A stretch of 64,000 nt of DNA from Azolla caroliniana (Eukaryota; Plantae; Polypodiophyta). The position numbers and the translations under genes are program-made. Below are positions 38,293 through 50,478 of this stretch, in pieces; within the stretch, counting starts at the first letter, position 1; each line of letters opens with the position of its first letter. Below the pieces are notes generated by a model. The model ran no database searches. It saw only the letters and a program-made list of their open reading frames with translations, and was not told the origin of the DNA. Where the stretch lies: contig JBHGNT010000010.1 in NCBI GenBank assembly GCA_043228905.1, positions 19,158,001 to 19,222,000 on the forward strand, written 5' to 3'.

Positions 38293-41200
38293 TTATGTGC
38301 TGTCAGTTTCTCCATCCAGACGCGGTCTTTTTATGCCCTCATTGGCACTTGAAATTTGAAATGTTTGTGCAAACGCAACATCCTCTGGTAAATCAAAACT
38401 TAGACATAGCATGGCCTATCTCAATCACAACACTATATCATTAGCTGTTGATCTTTGAATATTAATATACACATTAATTGCAATCAGAGCAAAAACACAA
38501 TTGTTTTGAAGAAAAAACATAGCTTGCCTTATTAGGAGCTACATCTCTAACTTCCCATATGTCTGGATTCTGAATCTTGCCACTCAGTGCATCTTCAGCA
38601 CGCTGTTTATGACATAATGTCAAAAAATTTAGGGCTTTCTGATGTAGACACTCTATTATACAGAAAGTTAAGGTTTTTTATTTACATTATGGTTTCTTTG
38701 AAAAATAATCACGGTTTCCATCATGTAGGTTGAGAAATCTATTATGCACTCATCATTTCTAGCATTGGGCAACACAAAAACCACAATATCCCCAACTTTG
38801 GGATATTTACAAGAATACTCGTTAAGTTTCCAAAACATTACAGGAATACCCTTTGCCCTATATTGATAAACTTTACCCAACAAATTAGGGGAAATGTTAC
38901 TTTGATGTTTTCCCCCTTTAGACAAACATGTCAAGCTGCAATTGAACACAAGATAATTATAGCAATTAACAATCATTATAGAAATGACCACCCAAAAATT
39001 AAATTCCCATTTTCCATATGAAACACATGAAGAATAAGCTGTAAATGAAAAACCTTAATAATATCCTTCACGGTTTCATGTGCTCGCATAAAACAGTAGC
39101 AATGCACTCTGGGCATCGTTCCATTCCATCTTGTTTTCGAAAGTAGGCCAGAGAAAACATCTAAACACAAAGGTTTTGCATGTCAGTCAATCACAATACA
39201 CAAGGCCTTGAAGTTTCAGGTATGCATATTATTTCTTGGAAGCAAATTGCAAAAATAATTATGCTTTTTATGTGCATCAGAAATTCAGAAACTTATGCTG
39301 GCTGAGTTTAACATGAACTATTTTCGCTTCTTTTCATCTTTATTTTAGATTTTGTTCATTTTCATTTCTCGAACAAGCAAATAATGCTATACGAGATGTA
39401 TCGTTTTGTTCACATTGGCCTCCCTTTGGAGACATTAATAGAGTTCTTATTGGTAAGTAAATGGTGTATCAACAATAATCCCTTATTATTATAAAATTCA
39501 CCCAAACTATTTTTTAAGATATGATTATAAACCTACTATTAAAATATTCATGAATTGCGAGCTCAACTTTGACCCAAGCATATATATATAGGAAATTTTG
39601 CAAATATATATATATAGATAAAATAGATAACCAAATTTAGGTTGTTCTCCCTATATTTTCTTGGAATACTCGTACAAGGAAAATCTTGTATTGACATACT
39701 CATTTGCCTTCTTATTACAAAATTCACCCAAATTATTTTTGTAGCTATGATTATGTACCTACTCTTAAAATATTCATTTATTGGTCAGCTTTGACCCAAG
39801 CATATATAGGAAATTTTGCAAATAAGTAAGCATAATTTGTGAATAGATAACCGAATTTAGGTTGCTCTCCCTATATTTTCTTGGCATACTCTTACCAAGG
39901 AAATCCAAAGCTGAAGCCGGTAGGTTCATCACTATATGATCTGCATGTTTCCAAGGTTTCTCCTCTACCGGTTCAATCACCCGTGCCAAATTTGTGTTTG
40001 ATGTCCTTTTTGTTTCCTTGCTCTCATCTGAATATGATAAAAGAACATTCTTAATTCAGCTAAATTCAACTTTCCCAAAGTCGTGCTTTTTACGATACTA
40101 TATATATACACTATTTTGCTCTTGTAATACATTGTTACATTACCCAAGGGAAACATAAATGTTAAGTGAAACCCCACAAGTTTTGATTAACTAAGATACA
40201 ACACACACATAGAGAACCAAAGTTTGGATAATTGTAACCATTAATTATCATATGAGAAACCATCCATCCTTTCTAGCCTCCCAAAATGTGACAAAATAGA
40301 CCATGAGTCTGAGGAATAATAAAATTTCATACATAAAAAAAAATCTTATCACTTCTAGTTTGTTCATAATCACATTGACACTACCTATTAATGAAAGGAT
40401 AGAATAAAGTGCACTGAACCATGAATGAACAAACTAATTATTGAAAAAACCTTCTTTACTCATTTCTACCACACCTTACTTTACCTGCCGGTTCAGTGAG
40501 AGCTGATTCTGTTGAATATTCTTGATTCTTCACATCTACTTCTGATGTCTTGGAGGATGGTTCATTGTCACAAACTGTCATAATTTTTCGCATGAACTCT
40601 CTTGCGTCCATATTGTAAATATGAACTTTTTTGCTTACTTTGTTAATTCGTGCATTTATTTCAAGATACTTGACACTTGTAGGATTTAAATCATTTGCAT
40701 ATACAGTGCAACCCTTCTGTGCAGCTGGAATAGCAAAAGGGCCGATTCCTGCAAACATGTCACATATGACTTCCTTTGCCTTGAACTGAGCAACCAGTCG
40801 TATGTGCTCTTGTTCGAGCCTTGAATTCCAATATACTAAGCCATAATCTAACCGGAAAATAGCACCATGTTGTTTTACTTCAGTAACAAGATTTCTATCC
40901 CCTGCTAGAACTTCAAATGTCGGAACTCTATATTCATTTGATATTGTGCCCACTTTGTTTAGTATTGTTGTTATTTGCTTGTTTTTCTGGCAAAAGCAGA
41001 ATAAAACCTTTTGGTTCGAGTTTGTAACAAGTTTTTTTAATGATACAGGGAAAAGTCAGAGATGAAGACCTTACCTCAAGAATAACTGCAGCAATCAATT
41101 TTTTATACGGAATCATCTCATCGCGTATGTTTAGATGTGCAATATGGCCTGTAAACAAGAAAAAACATATTACCAAAATAATCCCTCATATTTGGCAGTC

Positions 41201-43667
41201 TTACACAAATAAAGTCAGCAACATTAACAAGAGTCTCTATGTCTGGTTCAGTCCTCGGTAACACCACCTAAGGATGGATAAAGCAGACATTGCAATTGAC
41301 AAAAGGGTGTCAGCAACAAGTTCAAACTACAAATAATAGACACCACAATTTTACATCTTTCGGTGTTTTAAAAACCTTTACATGCATAGATTTCAACATA
41401 AGTTTCCCCTTACTGCCATCAATTTGATCAAACCCTTACCTAATCAACTTGTTATGCTGTATCCTAATTAGGATTATTAGATGATATTCTAACAGGTTCA
41501 ACAAAGATGTCAAACACAATGAAATACCAGGGTTTCTGCAGTACCTACCAACTGTCTCAAAAGAAGATGGTACCTCACTTCCATCCGGTAACAGCACCTT
41601 CAAAATATGATCTACAAAAAAAATGGAATCTCATGTTAATTACTAATCTGGTGCTTCAAAAATAGCTGAACATGATTTTTTTGACATCCTAAATTTGAAC
41701 GTCAAAAATAATGTTGATTGTTTCTTATTTGCATTTCAATGTGGTATAAAACTTTTGACAGATATAGAAAACATTAAATTACCATTTGATGTAAAGCATA
41801 TGATGGGTTTAGTTCTTATTTATGAAATCTATGGTGTAAAAAAATCCTATCATTAATCTGTGACCAACTCTCTATCAAAAGTATTGCTTTTCAACGATTC
41901 TTAGGAGAGTAACCATGAAATAAGAACAAGAAATGTGTTTTTCTAATATTGCCTTTAGATTGTATTCCCATATGAAACCCAAAGGTTGTTGAAAACCTAA
42001 GAAAGGGAGTAAGAAATATTAGGAAACAAAGTTACCGCTGTAACTTAATAGACAATGGAGCCTAATTGCCAATTTGATCCTGATATAACTTGGATATTCA
42101 ACATAACGAGTTCAACAAATTAAGCATAACATCAAACTTCGTGATCTAATGTTAAGCACACAGAGTATCTGTGTACACTGTAACTTCAACATAACGCAAT
42201 CCAGTTTAATGGAATTATGCAAAAATCAATGAAAATAAGCAAAGGTCAATGGCCTACAGTAAAATATGAAAGTAATTGCTTACCAGCAGGCCAATAGTCA
42301 TATCCTAATACAACTTGATGTGGCACCACCTCAACTTCAGTAAGAGACCTCAACGAAGCCAATTTATCTCCTGGAACCTGAGAGAGACCTAAATAGCATA
42401 TGGATCACATTTTATTGACAGTAAGATCAATGCAAAATTTTTAAAACTCTGATACTTACTTGGATCAGTGATTTTCTCAGATAAAATGACAAGTCGTATA
42501 CTGGGATCAGCTGGATCGGGCACAATATGCCTTACTCGAGGCATGTTAAATACATACCTAAAAACATTATATACATCAACATGAGTATTTGAATTTTGAC
42601 CTATAATAAGTCATTCTAACAAAATGCAATTATAGGCTTATTGAAGATAGACTTGTGCAGATAAACAAGCTTCAAAACATGTAATGCATGCTTGGGAAAA
42701 GAGAGAATGCTATACAGGGCATCCAATTTCAACTGTAGATGCAGGACATATATTGTAGCATGCCTAAACGTACCAATGATATAGACTGTATTAAGCCAGT
42801 AAATCCCTAAAAAAAGAGTCTGTGTGCATTAAATACGAAGAAACTATTGAAAGTGGACATAGATAGTAATAAGAAAAAATGCATATAAAAATAGTCTGAT
42901 TGAATTCACAAAAAAAACTATGCAAAAATATGCAAGTGCATTCACAAAAAACTATTGAAACTAAGCCAAAAAACACTCACAAAGGCAGACCAAGTGCATC
43001 CACAAATAAACTGAATGTAAGGAAAAAACACACACCACCATTGTCTAAGTCATTTTCCTACAGGATTTTCATTCACAAAAAACCATAGAAAATAGTCTGA
43101 GAGATTCTATAGAAATATTTTGAAAATGAGTCTGCGTAGATTTTTTAAGACAAAAAAATTCAAGAACAGCCAACTGTACTAACCCAGATAACAGCTTAGA
43201 AACATGTCCAGAATGCTGTTTCGGCACTCGAAGCGCGAGAAGATCATATGGAACATCGAGCTTTGACTTATCGATGATTATACAATTTCCTTCGGCCGTC
43301 CTTTCCTCGTAGAAAAAGCTCTCTCTGTTTTCCTTGACACACTTCATGCTTTCAGGAGATCCCCAGTTCTTCTTCGTGTGATTACTGTTATTACAACTAC
43401 CGCAAGTAGAAGTGAGCCTTCTTTGGAGCAAGATGTGAAGAAGAGGAATCTGGGACACAAAGAGGGAAAAAGAAACAGAGCATAATAAGATCAAGTGTCA
43501 TCAGGACAAACAATTGGGGTTTCTAATCTCTGATCTTTTGAGCTGATTACTACCTGATGGTGTTGGTGGAGCTGCTGCTGATGATGATGATGATGACGAT
43601 GATGAAGGAGAGTGAAGCTTCTGAAGCCTTGAGTGGAGTGTGAGAGTAGGAACATGTTCTTATACAT
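38293..43667 (-). CDS. TRM5: tRNA (guanine(37)-N1)-methyltransferase TRM5 (Met10+ family), 11 exons
   Basis: Exons 43667-43554, 43449-43184, 42557-42460, 42388-42284, 41611-41549, 41148-41075, 40986-40485, 40027-39896, 39160-39054, 38602-38528, 38415-38293. Motifs [75 protein letters not shown]. The start codon is uncertain (43667 or 43655). Confidence 0.95.
39485..39906. repeat. Tandem duplication (~200-225 bp) at the 5' end of TRM5 intron 8, including a decayed copy of the splice donor
   Basis: ~39485-39686 matches ~39712-39906 (AAATTCACCCAAA, TTTGACCCAAGCATATAT, CTCCCTATATTTTCTTGG). Confidence 0.85.
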
Positions 43668-43967
43668 CCCCTGTTTCCAAACAAAACAAATTAACAAAAA
43701 AAAAACCAAAACTTTAGAGATGTGTGTATGTTTGAAGCCATGATCATTGATGACAATGATCAATCTCAACTCACTCAATCATTCATATATAGAGATTTTA
43801 GACCCACTTTACTCTCCCACTCTCCTCCCGGCTCGAGTTAAGTTTCTTCTGTCTCTGGGTTCTTGTCTTTAAAACTTGGCTCGTACTGCCTGTGTTTTCC
43901 TCTTTTCTCAACTAGCAATTTGTGGGGGGTGGATAACCCCCTGCGAAACATTTGGACTACTTCGGTG

Positions 43968-43983
43968 TTTAGGGTTTTAGGGT
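43968..43983 (-). promoter_or_regulatory. Telo-box (AAACCCTAAA) upstream of TRM5
   Basis: TTTAGGGTTTTAGGGT on + about 300 bp upstream of the ATG. Telo-boxes are known to be enriched in plant translation-machinery promoters. Confidence 0.5.
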
Positions 43984-44063
43984 ATTCGCATTCGATGCTT
44001 TTACTCGAGCGTTGTGAGCATGAGATTTAATCGCATCATCAAAAGCCAGATAAGGGCTACATG

Positions 44064-44657
44064 TAGCAATGGGCCCGGTTTCAACTTAGACCGAACCGAA
44101 CCATTAAGCCATGGTTTAAAGGTTTATAAGTTCCAAAATAATTAAATGGTTTGGTTTGGTTTTAATTATTAATAAACGATTCGGTTTGGTTTTGAAACTG
44201 GGGTTTATCGGTTTATAAGTTTAAGTGGTTTGGTTTAAAGGTTTATAGGTTTTTAGGCAAACTTTGTTTATCCCTTAAATGTTTATGTAATTTAATGTTT
44301 TTTATTGATTTAATTCACTTAACTTAAATGTTTATTTAATCTAATGGTTTAATTAATTCTTATTTAATTATTTAATTATTTAAACATAAATGTTTATTTA
44401 ATTTAGTGTTTTTTTTAAATTTATTTTTTTAATTAGTTTGGCTTAAATGTGGTTATGTTTAAACTTTTTATTAAATGGCTCGGTTTGGTTTCAACTTTTC
44501 CCTAAATAGTTTGGTTTACCTCTTCTTAAATGGTTTGGTTTAATGGCTTGAAAGTTCATAGACGGTTTGGTTTGGTTTTTGTTTTTATATAAATGGTTTG
44601 GTTTAGTTCGGTTTGCTTTCAAGGCAAAGAAACCAAACCGAACCGGGCCCTTCGCTA
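44064..44657. mobile_element. Non-autonomous hAT-superfamily element (594 bp)
   Basis: Imperfect 17-bp TIRs TAGCAATGGGCCCGGTT / AACCGGGCCCTTCGCTA (15/17), perfect 8-bp TSD GCTACATG (44056-44063 and 44658-44665), many subterminal GGTTT/AACCG motifs and an AT-rich core. Confidence 0.93.
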
Positions 44658-45894
44658 GCTACATGTGGCTCTGTTTGTCCATTGCATTGTGTTATGACGC
44701 AAGATTTCAAGACCTTCAAGTGATAAAAAGTGACCCCCAAAAAAACAAAAAATACAACTATGTGACATGTCTCAAGAGGATTAGTTAAAGCATGCCTAAA
44801 GACTACTTTGTGTGTACTGGGTTGTGGACAATGGCAATGCATTGGAGATCATGCGAGTCAAGGCTAACATATGTGAAGGAGTCGAGAGGGTAGATTGACT
44901 TAAACATGAGGTAGGAGGTGAATCAAGCTTATGTGAGATCAAACTCTCTTTGTCGCATGGGACCTCATGGCAACTTGTAATATGGATACCTATCATTTGG
45001 ATGCAAGGTTATCCGTGCATTGCTACCAGGACTTCAACTTATGACACTAGCTTCTCTTGTGCATATTTCACCTCACACTGTCCCCCTCTTTTATGGTGGC
45101 CATGTGTTTATGCACTATTTTAAATCGTGGGTGTTAGGGGCCTCACATGTACTGATATGGAATGAATGTAGGCTTCCTAGCATTGTGATTGACCTCAATC
45201 AAGGGAATGAATTTGGGTAAGAGGGTTCTATTATTGCATGAAATCTTCTTAATTTTATTAATTATCATCTAATTTTATCGGAGATGGAATATTGGGTATG
45301 CATGAACTATAATGCCACGTTACATGCACAGAGTTGTAGTTGTATGAATTTTTTTGTTCTATTATCGAATATGCAAATTGAATGATTATAGAATCTACAT
45401 TGGAAGTGTTTGTATCCAACTAAGATACAACAACGACGATTTCGATGTAATTTGATTGAAGATAATGTTTTATAGCATAAATTTTATGTTTAGTTAAAGT
45501 CATGTTTCATCATCATGTATACCATATGTTTGATCTGTGGCTGCAAAAAAGGGTAGTTAAGAAGCCCTAATGGATGGGGATGTAACGATGTTGAATGAAC
45601 TCCAATTGCATGAATTTGAACATAGGAAGTGCAAAAAATGTATATTTTGTTTGATTCTTTACCATAAAACCTTTTACAATAGCAATTGATCTATTGATCC
45701 CCCACTTTATCTCATATTGAGATTGATAATCGATTGATCACCCATTCAAGAATGCTAACAAAAATTATTTGTCAAGCATTCAATCTCCTCACATAGAATA
45801 CCTATAGCTTGCATTATTAGAACAATGACCAATCTGAATGTCACAATGATCTATTTCATTCAAATGATCATAAGTTTGACATCCACTAGAAGAA

Positions 45895-46515
45895 AGAATG
45901 ATGAGGGTGTTGGGGGTTGAAGTATCTTTTCATTAGGCGCTAAAGCATCCTTTCATTACGGGACGAGAACAATTGACTCATTCCGTTTTTTGTAGGTATA
46001 GAACTCAGGCGATGAATGGCAAGATGGTTGATGTGCAAAATGAAGTTGATTTATTTTCGAAAGGATGAGTGAGGATGTTGTCCATGGTTGAAATAGAATT
46101 TCATGAGGGGATGAGGACAACTTATTCGTTTTGTTTGTTATCTATACATGAATTTGGTGGAAAATGGCGAGATGGTCAATGTGGAATTTTTTTGAAGCAG
46201 ATTTATTTATTTTTAGTTTCTAGAACAATGAGTGAAGATGGTAGTGGAGGCAAAAGCAAATTTTCATGAGGGTTTGAGGAGAGTGGATTCATTCTGTTTT
46301 GTGTATGTACAGGAAATTACTGAAAATGGGGAGGTACAAGACTTTGGCCTTAATCGACGGGATGGTGGATGTGGAAAATGAAGCGGATTTTTTATTTGAT
46401 AAGGATGAGTGAGGATGGAGTCAGGGGTTGAAGCATGTCATTGTGAGGGGATGAGGAGAGTAGGCTCGTTCTGTTTGTGTAGGTACAATAATTTGGTGAT
46501 AGTTGGTGTGATGTG
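45895..46515. repeat. Diverged, inverted copy of the ~146-bp satellite family found at 11130-12250
   Basis: TCATGAGGGGATGAGGA (~46101), GGCGAGATGGT, GGATGGTGGATGTGG, GAGGGGATGAGGAG and GGATGAGTGAGGATG are reverse complements or close variants of the 11-12 kb unit motifs. Confidence 0.75.
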
Positions 46516-46634
46516 TGATGTTTGACGTGGAAAACAAATATCATCCCTTTTGTAATCTTCCTACCGACTTACAAAGAACAACTCTTCGAACTATGAAGAT
46601 TGACATAGTATGTTGTTTGGAAAGAAGAAATGAA

Positions 46635-47470
46635 ATTGGTATGGATGTGGCATGCGTTTTGTTAGTTGAGGAACAAGTATTGTTTGAGGAGCTACATGCT
46701 CAGAGTAGTGTTTCATGGACTACTCTTGCTAGTTTATTGCTTGAAGAAGCATGGACCTTTCTGTTTCCTCTGACACTCATTGTAGTAGAGAACTAGTAAT
46801 TTAACATGGTATGTTCATCTGGATATGATGAACTCTCAGATGCCGCAACGATCAAGGAATCATAGTAAAAGAAGCTATATTAGTACAACATGTTGAATTT
46901 GATGGACTTGGTGCTATGGGCTTTGGCATGGCATCAACATTACTTGTTGCTATGGGTGTTGGCATGACAACAACATTACTTAGGGAGAAGTTCATCGATT
47001 GCGGAGTTCATGTTTGCGAACCAACTTTGTTAAGATGCAGGAAATTTGGAGGATTCATAGGATTTTTGGTGCAGAAGCTGTAATGAACCTTGGAAGTAGT
47101 TGTTGCAATGACTACAATAGAAGCTCATACAGAGAAAAGAGTAGTTGGAAATGGAAGGTGTAACACACTATTTTATGAAAGCTGGAAATGGAACTCTCAT
47201 GATCATGTTAACCGGGTTGTTGAAGCATGAGATGTGTTATAGAGGCTTCTAACTACATATGTGGTTTCATTGAATGCAATGATGACATGGCATATAGGAC
47301 ATGGATGTTGGTTTATATGAGTTTGATGTGGGGGGGAAATGACCATGCCTATAACAGGTAGGGCACCATTGAATGCATTGATCACATGCTACGCAAACAG
47401 TGGTAATAGTTTTGTGGCTTGAAGTTTTTGGCAAAAATGTTGGGTGAGAATGTGGAAATAATCTTAGACT
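46635..47470 (+). pseudogene. Decayed PLS-class PPR gene fragment
   Basis: GMDVACVLLVEEQVLFEELHAQSSVSWTTL resembles MYxKCGxLxEAxxLFEEL..xVSWTTL. A second patch NALITCYANSGNS..KFLAKMLGENV lies at ~47370-47455. The frame is interrupted by stops and frameshifts. Confidence 0.6.
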
Positions 47471-47974
47471 GTATTATTTGTGGTTTTCATAGGTCGTCAT
47501 GGCTAGAGCCATTGTAATGTTGTTAGCCTAATCAGGTCGTCATGTATGTAGAATTTTATTGATGAAGCATATTTTGTTTGGAAAAAAAAAAGGTTTGACA
47601 TCCACTCATGTTATATTTCAAGCATAGCATCGTGAGTGCATTGTTAAATGACATTATCAAAAAATCACCTTGTTTTTGAGCATGTATGGGTGTGACAACG
47701 TATCATCTCAAGATATTAATGGAAAGAACATCAAGCGATGCCACGATTGGCCAAAAATATTTTGCAGTAGAAACACCGTTATTTAGAGGGACTAAAGAAA
47801 ATCACGGGCTTGGGTATGAAAGAAAATTACATAAACAATTTCAAACATTTTATCATAATTACAAGTAATCACCATAATTAGAGATAAATAGCCCTTGTTT
47901 TATATCTTAACAGTACGTATCATGTTATCACAACACATGTATGTTTTTCTTCTTCTAATTACAAGATACACGTG

Positions 47975-49410
47975 AAGCTTTTAAAATACTACAAAAATAC
48001 CTAGTAGTTTTGTATTAGAACGCTTACTACAATACTTCTCATCTTTATTTGTTTTTATCTTATTGGTTACCGCTTACAAATTTTATTGTGTACGGCCAAA
48101 TTACTTTAAGTGATTTATTAGGAGACCTCTTTAAGACAAATAATACCCCTCATTCTAAACCAAAATAAGCTTTGGCAAGCCTTTCAACTCAATGTATACA
48201 TGTTTGTTTTTTATTCTGACTAAATCTAATCACGACAAATTATTTACAAGGATATATATCACTTCAAGGTTTTTACAAACTATAAAATACCCCTAAATTT
48301 TGAGTTACGAAATGTGCTTTAGAAAAAAAACCACAATAGTTTTCAATGATCCTAATGATTCTGTTTGAGCAAATCGTTGTAAATGATTGACTAGAATACC
48401 TCTTTTAGGTATTAACAAATTACAAAAAATACCCGAATATACCCCGATGGCTTTCTACAAATGACAAAAATACCCCTAGTTTTAGTATTAAAACACCATT
48501 AAACTATTCTCTTCCTCTATATGATCTAGAACATAAACTCTATAAATGATTTATTAGATGTCTTTACGTTAAGACTTTTACAAGTTACAAAAACAACACC
48601 CAACTTTTAAAATTTTCAATTAAACTTATCTAAGTCATTATATAATCCGCTAGAATATGTCTTTAAGACATATACAAATTGCAAGAAATATATTGACTTT
48701 CAGTTTGTTCAATCGAATTAGTGGTTATAGTAAAGTTATTCAGGAGAATCCTTCTTAAAACACTTTCAAACATTACAAAAACACTCCTCAATTTAAAATT
48801 CGTTTCGATCGAGTTATGTCAATCATTTGCTCGAGTCTATCACAAATGACCAAATTCCCCTCTATTATAATCTTGCTTTTAATCAAAGTATGTGGTAAAT
48901 GGTTTACTAGGAGTGTCTCTTTGTGTGGCTGCCTCACAAATTACAAAATTCCCCTTGTTATAATTCCAATTCAGTCTATGTACTTGGTAAATTGTTTATT
49001 AGAATGGCTCTACATGGAACAACTATTTTGCCAGCCTTTTAACAAAACTACGGAGATTCCTATCCCTGGTTAGTTGCCTATATGCTTCGGCCAGATTACA
49101 ATATAATCGAAAAATTGCCAGAATGTGCCTTTGGGACATTATATGAGAATTACGAGAATATTCTCCCCCATCTAAGATTAAATGTGTCTGATGGGATGAC
49201 TTACTGTAGAAGAAGAATTACAAGCTAGAATTACAGGCGGAAGAATTACAAGCTAGAATACATGTTACTACTAATGGGTTGAGAATTGTTTTCGAGGGCT
49301 TTTACAAATTACAGAAATACCCTTCTATCCCTATTTCGGTTCGATTGAGCCACATTTTTTGCCCGCATTCCTTGAGATGTTTTCAAAATTACAGCGAATA
49401 CCCCTCTCCT
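47975..49410. repeat. Array of degenerate TTTACAAATTACAAAAATACCCCT motifs upstream of the RING gene
   Basis: At least 10 same-orientation variants (~47980, 48130, 48271, 48411, 48453, 48576, 48763, 48841, 48935, 49301, 49381). Confidence 0.7.
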
Positions 49411-50046
49411 ACCTTTCAAATCCAAACATTTTCTCTCTGTTTATGTTAAATCCTTTCGCCTCCTTTTCCCTTTTTTTTTACTTTCATCCGATTTTTTTTA
49501 TTGTAAATTGTCTTCTGTTGTTCTATTCCCATTTTCTTTCTTCATCATTTAATCTCAATCTTCTTTCTACATCAGGTTGGAGTTCTATTAATTTTTGTTC
49601 CTTCATTATATTAATTCGTTTCCCTGCATCGATTCTCGCAAGGTAAGAAGTTCTTTTTGTTTAATCTCTGATTTCTATCTTATGTGCAATTCGATCTCAT
49701 TTTCTGTTATTAATCTGTCACGTGTTTTCTCTATCTTCATGTATTCTGTTGGATCCGAAGTTTTTGTGGCTGTTATTCTCTGTATAATGACCTTGAACAC
49801 GGTTAGTCTCATGGATTATAATGTATTTGTATTAATATGTGTTCTAGCTTAAAGATTTGTATGCAATGGTATTCATGGGGAAATTTTCCTTCATAGTGAA
49901 CAATATAGGCCTTTACAATGTCAAAAATAGGTCACGTAAGTTTCAACTTATGTGGAATAATACACAGCTTTGTATGCAATATTCATGTATAATGAACAAA
50001 AAAACCTGTCTTTATAATGACTAAAGAAGGTCACGTACTGACATAT

Positions 50047-50478
50047 ATGGATTGATCTAAAGCTCTATAGGATATTCATGTACAATGAGCAAAAATATGC
50101 CTTTCACAATGATGAAAGCATTTCGTGTAATGACCAAGAATAAGCTCCACATGCATGGATTGATCTAAAGCTCTATAGGATATTCATATACAATGAGCAA
50201 AAATATGCCTTTCACAATGATGAAAGCATTTCGTGTAATGACCAAGAATAAGTTCCACATGCATGGATTGATCTAAAGCTCTATAGGATATTCATATACA
50301 ATGAGCAAAAATATGCCTTTCACAATGATGAAACCATTTCGTGTAATGACCAAGAATAAGCTCCACATGCATGGATTGATCTAAAGCTCTCTAGGATATT
50401 CATGTACAATGAGCAAAAATATGCCTTTCACAATGATGAAACAATTTCGTGTAATGAGCAAGAATAAGCTCCACATAC
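50047..50478. repeat. 108-bp minisatellite, 4 near-perfect units with degenerate flanking units (~49850-51400), in the 5'UTR intron of the RING gene
   Basis: ATGGATTGATCTAAAGCTC starts at 50047, 50155, 50263, 50371. Confidence 0.95.

Noticed and set aside
50047-50478. Intronic C/D snoRNA cluster (ATGATGA in each 108-bp unit)
   Set aside because: No CTGA D box or terminal stem in the units; better explained as a minisatellite.
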